Shown: piece after piece, positions 1 to 11,826 of the stretch
How the letters are laid out: every line of letters begins with the position of its first letter
How positions within the stretch are numbered: position 1 is the stretch's first letter
Source: Lepidodermella squamata
Lineage: Eukaryota; Animalia; Gastrotricha
Direction: 5' to 3'
Assembly: GCA_047495785.1 (NCBI GenBank)
Contig: JBLDXI010000045.1
Span: 496,001-560,000, forward strand
DNA length: 64,000 nt
Translations under genes and position numbers: made by a program
Notes under the pieces: generated by a model
What the model saw: the letters and a program-made list of their open reading frames with translations, nothing else
The model's database searches: none
Told to the model about the DNA's origin: nothing

Positions 1-875
1 CACCGGCAGGGGAGAAAATTCTCCTGAACGTTTATGACCTGGTATGCTACGATTTGTTACTGAAAATAATGATTCACTGTTTTATCCCCTAGCATTGGAC
101 TAACGAATACACCTCTGCTCTCGGGTTGGGCGTGTTTCACTCCGGCCTCGAAGTTTACAAAACAGGTAATGTTCTGTTCTCCATTTCAGTGTGGGATGAT
201 TTTCGATTATTATCGTTGTCAGAATTCGGATATGGCGGGCACCCGTTTCCTTTAACTGGTGTGTTCGAAATGCCACCACGGTGTGCGGAAGAGCTGGGCG
301 ATCATTTCTCGTTCCGCGAAACCATTGTGCTGGGCACCACAACCCTCAGTGAAGAGGACGTCCGTGATATTGTCGAGTCGTTGTCACCGCGCTTTCTCGG
401 CGATCAATACCACTTGTTGCGCTACAATTGCAATCATTTCTCTAACGAATTAGCTCAAATTTTGTGCGGTTCAACCATTCCTGGTTGGATCAATCGACTT
501 GCTAACATGGCTGTGTAAGTTAAGGAAATCCATTTGCAATTTTCGTGATTACATTTCAATTTCAGTTCTGTGCCTTTTGTGGAGAGGGCCCTGCCAAAAG
601 AATGGTTAACTCCTTGCGGCCTTCAAACTATGGCTTCTGCTAATGTTGGGCTTGCTGAGTCGGCCAGGCAGCGCGACAGCAGTGTAAGTAGTGACCTGCT
701 GGAATCATTTGCTACAAAAACCAGCTTGTCGTCTCTAACCCAGCAACCATCGTCTTCCTCGAATTCGTCGGCGAATACGGCGAGTTCGAAAAATTCGAAA
801 TCTACCACTACTTCGTCGGCGAAGTCTAACAAAGATAGAACTGACTCGTCGAAATCAATCGCTCTCGGGCGATAG
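1..875 (+). CDS. DESI2: PPPDE-domain deubiquitinase/desumoylase (5' end outside window)
   Basis: Exons 1-41, 93-165, 223-514 and 566-875 splice via GT-AG introns to LNVYDL-HWTNEYT..GLGVFHSGLEVY-EFGYGGHP..YHLLRYNCNHFS..IPGWINRLA..PFVERALPKEWLTP. The catalytic His and Cys motifs are present. Confidence 0.92.
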
Positions 876-1817
876 ATCTATTTTGCTACAAACCGGTGTT
901 TCCTATTTACAAGCCAACCAAAAATAGGGCCGTGTTTATTCTTCTTCTACACCACTCTCCATCTCGCTCTCTTAAACTTACTGACCTTGAACTTCTAGTC
1001 GCGTTTTATACATCGAAATTCGATAAACTATTTCTACGACGAATGAGCCGTGTCATTGAAACTTGAAAACAAATCTAAGAACAAAATAATTGCCATCAAT
1101 GACCCATCACAGTATTCGCAGCTTCATGTTTCGGAAAAAATGTTCTTGTTTCCCTTGATTTTCGTCGATATTTGTTCGAAATCCGTGGCCTTTTCGAAAC
1201 GAACTGACCTTATTGCTTATTCTCTATGAGGAATCGAATTATCGTTATGAACTTATTATTTGCAATTGAAAAAATAAATTCTAATGGACGTGTTATTATT
1301 TTGTAATTTATAAATTATTCAGAACTTCTCAGTGGTTTATAATTTCGAAAACTATGAACTCTGCCTTTGTTAACAATGTGCGCTTATGGAAAAGCTTGTA
1401 TTTACTGTTGCATGGAGAATTTTCTTTCGATGTAGCACTTATTCGAAAAAATAGCTTCAATAAAAGAGACAACTTGGATTTGATATCTGTTTTTGTAAGG
1501 GGCGGATTTATTTAAACGAGTGAATAAATTAGGTAGAGCCGATGAGATAACAAACAATTTATTAAAAAATGCGCAAAAATAGTCATGCTGTATTCAAGGT
1601 GGTCTGTGGGCAACCGTGACTTGAAACCATTTTTACCATTACGACATCTGAAATGACTACAGGTAAAATTCAACTCCTAGACGAAAATCCGTAGATCCAG
1701 AGCTGGGTTGATCCTCCATGGACCCTTCGAGCAAGGAAAACATCTAACTTGACCTAATTTGAGGACATATTAGACTTTCCATAGATCCTGCGTAGATCTT
1801 GATTGGTCTGTAAGATC

Positions 1818-3590
1818 TATACAGGATCCACAGAGCTGGATCTATCTCAGTTGCATTTTCAGATCTAGCCACGGTCTAACGTTGTTCGCCAGGGCTGTAA
1901 CTGTAACTGCATGTGTGTTAGCTGTCCCGGCCTGTGGATCTGGCCACGGCAAACCTCTCGCACGAATTGGAAACGACCGACACGCTGCAACATTCATATT
2001 TTATTAGAATCCTTCTTAATTCTCGAGCACCAATTCCAAGTTGCAATATTAACTACATTCTCAACAACATTCTCTCTCTCTCTCAATCTCTCTTCTTCTT
2101 CTTGAGATGATCATCGCGATTTCAGATCAAAGCATCACGTCGACCCGAAGATGGTCGCACACGTGTAATCGTATCGCATGTTACCCTTGCCATCGCGGCT
2201 CGTCGTGAATTGCTGCAGGAGAGAGCCGTTTGCGCATGACAGGCGATGCCTGTCGAGATAATTGATAGGTACATCATCGTATTCTTTGCCCTCTGGCTGG
2301 TAGCCCGTGTCAAAGCTCGCCGTCGCTACGGGGCCATATGGCTCGCAGCAAGTGTAGCGATAAGCAATCGAATCGTTTCGCGCTTGCGTTAACACGAACT
2401 GCTGCAGAACTTCATTCGCATTGCATTTCACATTCTGCCTGTCAAGGAAATATATACTTCCCCAACCGTAATCAGTGAACGCATTATTTGCCACTCGGCA
2501 CTGTTTGAAAGGTGAAACCATGCAGCACGAGTACACGTAGTTGTTAGTGTTATCTTTCGGCCGTGTTAATTTGAAAGAAGCCAGAGCGCTAGTAGAATTA
2601 CAGGCGACGTTGTGTTGCGTCAGCCTAAAGGTCATGGCAACGTAGGCAGGTGTTTCTTTCGTGCTCAGCTCCTTGCCACCGCAGGCCACTTTACTCACGA
2701 ACCAAGACAGGCAGGTGTAGTCATACCGGTATTGTGCTGTCCCCTGATCACGCATCAACCGGAACCGTTGTAACGCAGCTCCGTCTGGGCATGCCGGGCG
2801 ATGCAACGCGAGATAAACGCTGTTGCCTTTCCCATCGTCATTCAAATCTGTGCTGTATGTGGCCGTTGTGAAGCTGTTACGAAAACCGCAGCAGGAGTAG
2901 CTGTAGTACACTGAGCTATCCGAGTTCTGCTGCAACTGAAACCCCTGCATCACATCGCCTCCTGTGCACTGAAGGCTTAGAATCGACAAAGAAAGAGCAC
3001 TGCCTTTGTTAGCAATTGTTGACGCTGAGGTCTTTTGACGGCACGTGCTGATAGCCGAATTCTGGCAGCAAGTGTACGCATACTGAATAGTAGTGTTGGT
3101 AGGCCGTGAGAGTTTGAAGGAAGTCAACGCGCTACCAGATGGGCAGGTAACGTTGTGCGCCTTCAACCAGGTGACATTGCCACCACCATCAGGTCCAGCC
3201 GGGGTTGTCAACTCATTGGTAGAGCACAATTCTGAAGCAAATCACCTCAGTTGAGAAGAGTTTGAGAATAAAATCTTACGGCTTGCTGCAGCTCCGATAC
3301 ACGCCGCCAAGACGGCTAGCTTAATGCTGTATTCCATTGATCGAGAAAGTTTTTCCAACTTTGCAAAATGAATTGTGATAATTTCGCAATTACGAGCATC
3401 CTATTTTATACTGTAGGGCGAGGCTATTTTCATCCATGCCCACCTGAACAAACGATGCCCTCGAGATAAAGGCTAATTTTAACTTTGCCTGCGTGGTTAG
3501 AACAAATATTTTTCACATGCTTTCAGAAATTATCATCGCATCTATACAGTGCAAAATTGTGTAAAGCTGCACTCATCGAGTAAGGATATT
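1818..3590. repeat. Segmental duplication, copy 1 (matches ~8500-10335)
   Basis: Nearly identical sequence from tatacaggatcc through the gene, intron and upstream region to catcgagtaaggat. Confidence 0.9.
2135..3337 (-). CDS. Secreted Cys-rich protein with six ~58-aa repeats, copy A
   Basis: Exon 3280-3337 encodes a signal peptide (MEYSIKLAVLAACIGAAAS). Intron 3232-3279 is followed by exon 2135-3231. Repeats follow T..(D)G.G...(Y)L.(R)H.V.C....L..F.L....Y.Y.C(C). Confidence 0.85.
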
Positions 3591-4558
3591 ATAAGGATAT
3601 TGTTATATAATATTATACTTTATTTGGTATGGTTGCACTTAACGTAAAGAAAGGAGGGTAATTTTGGACACTTCGACTTTAGGGACCCCCTTGCCATTTC
3701 TTTGCCCGTAATCCGATTTTGATGAAACTTGGTACAGGTATCCCCGGGGTGCCCTACTCGTTAAAACCGAAGAGAAATAGGAAATCGGACGACAGGATTC
3801 ACCTGGGCATCGATTAATTAGCTGTGGATAATTTTGGACAGGTTAAATTTGTGCTTGAATATGCAAATTCTTACAGAGTTGTCCAAAGCAAGTTCAATTT
3901 TCATGGAGAACAAAAATTGGCGCGAGGTGGTGTTTCTGAAATGTATGAAATTGAGCAGAAAGTGTGATGACTCATGTATGCTAATGAGCGTCCAAATTTA
4001 CCCGCTAATTGTCCAACTTTAGTCATCAATTTTAAAATCGATAGAAAATCAGGTAAAAATGTAAAATTCATCTGAAAATCACAAAAATCGGAAATTGCCT
4101 TCTACAAATTGCCTGCGATTTGCGGAATTTTCGGTCAGTCACTTGGGCGTGCCGCCAAGGCCAAAATCGCGATTTCCGAAGCCGATTTCGACGCGATCGG
4201 CGGCGTTCTTGTGCAGCGGCCGCTGAGAGTTAGTTCAGAATTTCGCGGGCTATCCGCTGATATAAGATTTACCAAACGGCGATACTTTGTACGCGCTGAA
4301 ATTGCGTGCAAAGTGAGTCAAATTGGATTGCCAAATTCAAACGCCATTCGTATTTATTTACACCTGTTTCTCAGAAACGTTGACTCTGCCTGCTTGAACT
4401 ATTGTCCAGCACGCGTTCATGACTTTGCCAATTTTTTTTAGCTGACTTAGCTGACTTAGCCTAGGCGTTAATGATATACCTTAATACGCCTGGGCGCCAG
4501 TCGAATATCGAAATACACGTTGAAATCTCTAACAGTTTTATTTCCAGAGCAATCAATA

Positions 4559-5094
4559 CAGTGACAATCAAAAATTCCGCACGGTTGAATCAAGGCGATG
4601 CTAGTTGAAATTGTTAGCAAGTGCAAAATGAGGCTGTTTATCCCCAGCTAAACGGACCAAAATGACGCCTTTTTCACGATCTCCAAAAATAGCTCCAAGG
4701 AAAGGGGGATATATTCATGATTCATGAGATGTCATGAAACTAGGACATTCTTAGTTAAGTGCCAAAAATTGCAGAAAAAGTGGAGCAGTTGGAATGAGGT
4801 GTCGACAGATCAAAAATAATTTCAGAGCACTCAGAGTAAAGGTTATAAAAATCAAAAGTAATTTTCCATAATTTGACTGACATAATTATCAACTTTGAAG
4901 GCGTCGGAATATTAATTGGCACCTTATGAATATTCATATTTTTAAAACTATTAAAACTTTTTGGTCTGTCCGAGTTACACTTTTTATTTTTAGCTGAGTT
5001 CAACTTGGAGCTAAAAATAGTTCGGGCGCGTGTGAGATATTTTTAGTTTCAACTCAACAAATTCCTGACCGTGCGTAACTTTTGACTTTCACTG
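4559..5094. mobile_element. Tc1/mariner-type MITE
   Basis: Imperfect TIRs CAGTGACAATCAAAAATTCCGCACGG and CCGTGCGTAACTTTTGACTTTCACTG (22/26 matching). TA flanks both ends (4557-4558, 5095-5096). Confidence 0.8.
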
Positions 5095-5268
5095 TAAAGG
5101 CGCAATCAACATCAAACCATATTAAAACCCATAGCCTCTACAATTTGGAAGATGATTCTTGCGCAAACCGCCACCGGACACTCATCTACTACCTATAAAG
5201 GCGCCAAGAGTTCATTCATCTAGTGTAAAATCAGATCTAATGTGGACCATTTGAGCTCAACTCATCAA

Positions 5269-5789
5269 ATTACAGTTTTTCGGCGTTTTCTGGGGAAATT
5301 CAATTGCTTCTGATGAAATGTTGATAACAGATGCCATTGAAATAACGGTAATAATTTAGCAGGAAATAGTAATTAGTGGTCGCCTTTCATGCTATTCGCA
5401 TAGCGCCTAGGCGTGAATCGAATAAACCTCAATATCACCGCTAGCGCCTGGCGCCATTGGTAATTTCGACTGGCGCCTAGTTATCACTCATATTACATAT
5501 CGCGCCTAGGCGTTTCTGTATTCGATACACACCTAGGCGTATTACGTAATACGCCCAAATTTCACTAGCGCCCACGATAATTATTAAGGTGTGAAATAAA
5601 AAGTTCAGTATTATGAGTAATTCTGCAAAATTATATGAACATCTCTGTAATAAAGAGGCGAGTAGTCCGTGCTAGAGACAGGTGTTTAACAATATCGACC
5701 CATGCTTGAGCGTACTTAGTATTTCAGAAAGTTTCGGAGCATTATGCGTCAAGCTATTCTCAAAATGTGTTTTCCATTGGCGGCAAAAT
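5269..5789. repeat. Duplicated GGCGCC/CCTAGG-rich block (matches ~11343-12080)
   Basis: Near-identical sequence from attacagtttttcggcg to ttccattggcggcaaaat in both places. Confidence 0.85.
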
Positions 5790-6708
5790 GCCGGGTGAAA
5801 CCCGGTACTATAAAGTCAAAACGGACCGTCCGTCCGTCTGAAGCCCTGCACGCGAGCACTTGACCCGCACACCTTCAATAAAATGCCATGCGGGCACAAG
5901 CAATGTAACAGCGCCGATTTCGCAAATTTATCCGCCCCCCCCCCCCAATTTTTTTGCTTATGAATAACTATGAATAATATTTTTATACGGTTTTCAGTAG
6001 CTGATAGTTTAAATCTACAGTAATAATTGACGAAATTCTTTTGGAAAAGTATGACAGGAGAAACCGGTAGCGAAAATACAATAGGAAAGAGCTATTTTTC
6101 AAAAATGGGAATTTTCGACTAAAACCGCAAACCGCAGACAGCATTTTCGACTTTCGACACCCATTTTATCGCTCGTATCCCATTAGAACGAAATTCTCAG
6201 GAAGGTTCAGGAAGACCTGATCTGTCGACTGTTAAAAACCGTTTCAAAATATTCCTCATGGTCATAAAGTTATATTAACAAACTTTTTTATTTATTGAAT
6301 AACAAACCGGTCATACTTTATTAGGATTTTTCATTATTTTCTTTATCGAAAATAAACCGATTTATTGCTATGGCTAACCGATTTGGCATTTTGCTAGATA
6401 CCCAAGAAGGTTTCTTGACAGATTAGAGCCACTGTTCTTGTCTCATTTTTCGAATTTAAAAGTGGTTAAAAAATGGTAAACTTCTTCACATAAAGATGTG
6501 AGATTAGACGGTGATTAACCACACTCTTTCAGCTCATTTCGTGGTTATTTCTCGGAAAATACTCAACCAAATTAATTTCTAGATCATTCCGCACAACAAT
6601 AGCCGACCCAAAATATCAAAACACTCTACCTACATGTCTAATTCTTGTGACGTAGATAGGAAGCCGCACTCAGAGCACGCCGGCAAACAAGAAGATGTGT
6701 TCACTCTT
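5789..6708 (+). mobile_element. Possible Helentron-associated (HINE/DINE-like) non-autonomous element
   Basis: A 5' hairpin ccgggtgaaacccgg is followed by a GTCC microsatellite (ccgtccgtccgtctg). A short inverted match to the start (cacgccggca) lies near 6676-6685. Boundaries are tentative. Confidence 0.35.
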
Positions 6709-7009
6709 TCCCTCATTAATATTCTGAATATTTTGCATAATATTAAAAAACATAAAATGCTCAATTCGAAGTTTTTTAATAATTAAAGTTTTAATTAAAG
6801 TTTTAAAGATTGCAAAAAGTAGTGATTTGGCGCGGTTTCTTCCGTCGTATTCTTTCGAGCCAGTTGAGTTGACGCTTCGAAACAGGTCGCGCAGGGCGAA
6901 GTCGGTATCGACGTAGCCGAGGCGTTGCGATAGCTTTAAGGGACGAATCATGGGTCGTTGGCTGGCACCTGTGTAGGACAGGGTTGTTGGCCCAGCCTCC
7001 TTCTCAAAC

Positions 7010-7448
7010 TGGTTAAACGGCTTGAGGTCGACATTGACGACGAAGGTGTTCGTGTTCTGCCCAGCTGGTAGCTTTCGAAGTCGGTAATTGACGTTGTTCG
7101 ACAGTCGATCTTCCCGCAGCTTGACTGTGAGAACCGGACCCAAACAATATTGCCTCAAACTGACGAGTGCTGGCGTAGCGGTCGAAGTAGCGTTTCTGAC
7201 GTAGTCGAGCTTAGTCGAGATTAGCGCGGACTGCGGACTTGCTCCACTGGCGTTGCAGAATGCGCTGAAGTTGAGCCAGAACCAAGTGATTTTCCGACGG
7301 ACAACAAGCAGACGTGAATATGGCGAGAATCTGGTGACCGGGCAGCTTGAAACCGAGATGAAATCTATCGACAGGTTGACAGTCGATCAGTAGGCAAAGA
7401 GAACGGCGGGCAGCACTTTGTCCTAGTGATGACGGCGATCGGCTGTGT
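7010..7448 (-). pseudogene. Degraded Ty3/Gypsy integrase C-terminal relic
   Basis: The minus strand reads *DKVLPAVLFAY*STVNLS, matching the WD..LP..LFAYR motif with W and R mutated to stops. It later reads GP....DRLSNNVNYRL....FVVNVDLKPF (GPY/F region). Confidence 0.7.
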
Positions 7449-7732
7449 CTATGCCCGTGGATAGACTTTTGGCGCGACCAACCAGCCTTGTAGAGCTAAT
7501 CTTGGGCTTTCGAACGATGTCAAGAAATCAAATATCCATCCACGGGTTCTCGAGAGAGAGGGTCGCAAAGTTGACCCGGTTGTAGTAAAAAATGGCCTCT
7601 CTACGACGGTTTTAGCGACGTTTGACATTCGTTTCCTCGCTATGCCCGTGGATAGACTTTCGGCGCGACCAACCAGCCTTGTAGAGCCTTGGGCTTTCGA
7701 ACGATGTCAAGAAATCAAATATCCATCCACGG
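7449..7732. repeat. ~95-bp direct repeat pair (7449-7545 and 7640-7732)
   Basis: ctatgcccgtggatagacttt...aatatccatccacgg occurs twice. Confidence 0.9.
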
Positions 7733-8805
7733 TTTTTCGAAGATGCTGGATCCTGAAGGCTACAAACGCAGATTTTTCACTTTTTCTTGGGTTTTCAGAA
7801 GATTTTGAAAATTTCAGCCATGAAAATATCTTACTTCATGTATCATTATTTTGTCCCAGTTGAGTTGGCAAGAATTTCGAGGAAAATTTTATTAGTTATC
7901 CACAAAATTAAGTTGCTACGTCAAGTTCAATAAATGAACTGAAAACCTCGATTTTCTTTCACTACTGGCTGTAGAACATTTGTGGGTGGATGAAACTACG
8001 TCAATTTTTCTCAATTGTATTCATGCAAAATGAAAAAAATGTTAATGATTTAGCAGGAGACTAATCAACCAACGATTTATCGACAAATTCAACACCAAGT
8101 CAGTTAAGAATTTTTTCAGAAAAGACCCGTTTCTGATAAATCCAGCCACGGAAATTTAGAAATTCCTTTGAAACCTTCAGCTGCAGTGCCCAATCAATGA
8201 GCTTTTTAAAAGAAAACATGACATCATCCTCGAAATAAAAAGATATTCAATTAAACTCATCTCAAATTTATCGAGGCTAGAAGGTTTCCGCCAGAAAACA
8301 GCTGCAGCAGTGCTAGTATGTGTGCTGTACATATATGTGTTACGTATATTGTATAGGCTTTTAGTGCTGCTATTACAGTGCTATGTAACGTATAGTACAT
8401 TTATGCTAGCTATAGGCGCATAACGTATAACTATAAACACTGCTGCGCGCGCGCATTTGCCGCAGGTTATTCCTAGTGCGCGAGTTCTGAAGCACCCTGT
8501 ATACAGGATCCTCAGAGCTGGATCTATCTCAGTTGCATTTTCAGATCTAGCCACGGTCTAAAGTTGTTCGCCTGGGCTGTAACTGTAACTGTGTGTTAGC
8601 TGTCCCGGCCTGTGGATCTGGCCACGGCAAACCTCTCGCACGAAGTGGAAACGACCGACACGATGCAACATTCATATTTTATTAGAATCCTTCTTAATTC
8701 TCGAGCACCAATTCCAAGTTGCAATATTAACTGCATTCTCAACAACATTCTCTCTCTCAATCTCTCTTCTTCTTGAGATGATCATCGCGATTTCAGATCA
8801 AAGCA

Positions 8806-10062
8806 TCACGTCGACCCGACGATGGTCGCACACGTGTACTCGTATCGCATGTTACCTTTGCCATCGCGGCTCGTCTTGAATTGCTGAATGAGAGAGCCGT
8901 TTGCGCATGACAGGCGATGCCTGTCGAGATAATTGATACCATCTGCGAGTTCTCTGCCCTCTGGCTGGAAGCCCGTGTCAAAGCTCGCCGTCGCTATGGG
9001 GCCATATGGCTCGCAGCAAGTGTAGCTATAAGCAATCCAATCGTGTACGTCTTTAATTGACTTCGGTATTGTCGACAAGGACTTTAACACGAACTGCTGC
9101 ATAACTTCATTCGCATTGCATTTCACATTCTGCCTGTCGAGGTAAAATATACTTCCAACACCGAAATCAGTGAGCGCATTATCTGCCACTCGGCACTGTT
9201 TGAAAGGTGAAACCATGCAGCATGAGTACACGTAGTTGTTAGTGTTTTCTTTCGGCCGTGTTAATTTGAAAGAAGCCAGAGCGCTAGTAGAATTACAGGC
9301 GACGTTGTGTTGCGCCAGCCTAATGGTCGAGGCACCGTAGCTAGGTGTTTCTTTCGTGCTCAGCCCGCTGCCACCGCAGGCCACTTTACTCACGAACCAA
9401 GACAGGCAGGTGTAGTCATACCGGTATTGTGCTGTCCCCTGATCACGCACCAACCGGAACTGTTGTAACGCAGCTCTGTCCGGGCATGACGGGCGATGCA
9501 ACGCAAGATAAACGCTGTTGCCTTTCCCATCGTCATTCAAATCTGTGCTGTATGTGGCCGTTGTGAAGCCGTTACGAAATTCGCAGCAGGAGTAGCTGTA
9601 GTACACCGAGCTATCCAATTTCTGCTGCAACTGAAACCCCTGCATCACCTTCTGCTGCAACTGAAACCCCTGCATCACCTCGTTTCCTGAGCACTGAACG
9701 CTTTGACTCGACAAATCAAGAGCACTGCCTTTGTTAGTATTTGTTGACATTAAGGTCCTTTGACGGCACGTGCTGATAGCCGAATTCTGGCAGCAAGTGT
9801 ACGCATACTGAATAGTAGTGTTGGTAGGCCGTGAGAGTTTGAAGGAAGTCAACGCGCTACCAGATGGGCAGGTAACATTGTGCTCCTTCAACCAGGTGAC
9901 ATTGCCACCACCATCAGGTCCAGCCGGTGTTGTCAACTCATTGGTAGAGCACAATTCTGAAACAAATCACCTCAGTTGAGAAGAGTTTGAGAATAAAATC
10001 TTACGGCTTGCTGCAGCTCCGATACACGCCGCCAAGACGGCTAGCTTAATGCTGTATTCCAT
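8806..10062 (-). CDS. Secreted Cys-rich six-repeat protein, copy B
   Basis: Exon 10005-10062 encodes the same signal peptide as copy A, followed by exon 8806-9956. It carries an in-frame 30-bp tandem duplication at 9621-9680. Confidence 0.85.
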
Positions 10063-11657
10063 TGATCGAGAAAGTTTTTCCAACTTTGCAAAATGAATTG
10101 TGATAATTTCGCAATTAGGAGCATCCTATTTTATACTGTAGGCCCATGTTCATCCATGCCCACCTGAACAAACGATGCCCTCGAGATAAAGGCTAATTTT
10201 AGCCCAAAAGCTAATTATAACTTTCAAAAGTTGCCCACGTGGTTTGAACAAATATTTTTCACATGCTTTCAGAAATTATCATCGCATCTATACAGTGCAA
10301 AATTGTGTAAAGCTGCACTCATCGAGTAAGGATGTATATTATATAATATACGGAAGGCATGAAGGGTATATGGGTTTATAATCGCCTGAAGGCTGATATT
10401 TCGTCCTTCGGCGCCGATACCCTTCCGTGATTTTAAACCCATAAGTATAACCTGAATGGCTTCGTATATGTATCCGTATATGTGTGTTATCCGGGTCGTA
10501 TCGTAAAATTTTCCGGGTTACTAATAGTATTGTATGGTACACTCTCACTGGATTTGTATTGTTTTTATTTGAAATTAAAAAATCCAACTTGAATAAAAAT
10601 CATGAAATTTGTTTCTTGCTCATTTTATTCTCGCATTCTTCATTTTGCGAGTTTTTGGTTCGTTTTCACATCGAATTTCCCGCATTTCTCGCATGCTCAA
10701 CAAATTGCTGCTACTGAATCACAAAATTGGGCTGTCGGACGCAGGATGGTTCTGCTCGGTTGGCTCCGGATGGTTATCAATGTGACTGTCAAACGACCCT
10801 TCAACACCTCAGTTTGCAGAGCGCTTTCTAAGTCGACGAAAAACTCGATTGACGAAATCCGTTCTTGAACGAAAGGCTGCTATTTGCCATGGTGTCAGGA
10901 ATCGCTCGATTTTCGAACTGTACTGTATCTTCTTGCTTTAAATCGATGTCGCAATCTGCGATGCCCTGTTGCGATTTCTGGCGAAAGCTGGCCGATTGTT
11001 GCTCGATCCCCGCTCAATTTTCGCGAATCTCTAGACGAGTTCTGCCCGATTTTCACGATCTCATGGCCAAGTGCTGTTCGATGGGGGTGAATGCTGCCTG
11101 ATTTGATACCGGTCGCGCGCTTTTTTTCCGGAATTCTGCCCAATTTTTACCCCATTTTTGTGATTTTCAATAAAATCGTTTTGGAGTGTTGCTTGAACTT
11201 TTTTTTGGGTTTCTCTTGTGTGTTTGACAAGTGGGGTTTTTGGTGATATTTTCTGGACAAGCGGGCATTTAAAATGCCTGCCTGTTTAGAAAATATCAAA
11301 AAATGCCTGCTTGGAAGAAGGTTTTATGTATAGATAGAGCATATTACAGTTTTTCGGCGTTTTCTGGGGAAATTCAATTGCTTCTGATGAAATGTTGATA
11401 ACAGATGCCATTGAAATCACGGTAATAATTTAGCAGGAAATAGTAATTAGTGGTCGCCTTTCATGCTATTCGCATAGCGCCTAGGCGTGAATCGAATAAA
11501 CCTCAATATCACGGCTAGCGCCTGGCGCCATTGGTAATTTCGACTGGCGCCAGGCGCTAGCGGTGATATTGAGGTTTATTCGATGGTTATCACTCATATT
11601 ACATATCGCGCCTAGGCGTTTCTGTATTCGATACACACCTAGGCGTATTACGTAATA

Positions 11658-11826
11658 CAGGGTGGCCAAAAAAATCCCAGGGCGGGAATTCGATGCGCAT
11701 CAATTTAATGAGGAGTTTTAAGAAATAGAAGAATTTCAAGCCAATGGAACTCCTCAATTTCTTGAAATTCCTCTTTAAAATGATGCGCATCGAATTCCCG
11801 CTCTGCGGAATTTTTCGGTCACCCTG
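11658..11826. mobile_element. 169-bp Tc1/mariner-type MITE with TA target-site duplication
   Basis: Termini are CAGGGTGGCC...GGTCACCCTG with long internal inverted repeats and TA on both sides. The paralogous copy near 5550 has the empty site (attacgtaaTAcgcccaaat). Confidence 0.93.

Noticed and set aside
1675-1895. GATC-rich block resembling a MITE
   Set aside because: The terminal inverted repeats are too weak to call.
3630-4460. Transposon-like internal motifs (ccgattttgatgaaacttgg) and ORF 4109-4441
   Set aside because: I could not define termini, and the ORF has no protein-like motifs.
6670-7158. 162-aa ORF as a host gene
   Set aside because: It is a non-ATG read-through of a decayed integrase fragment into AT-rich sequence.
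10339-11340. Several short overlapping ORFs present only next to copy B
   Set aside because: I found no recognisable domain, frames are interrupted, and no TIR or TSD was identified. Probably repeat-derived but unassignable.
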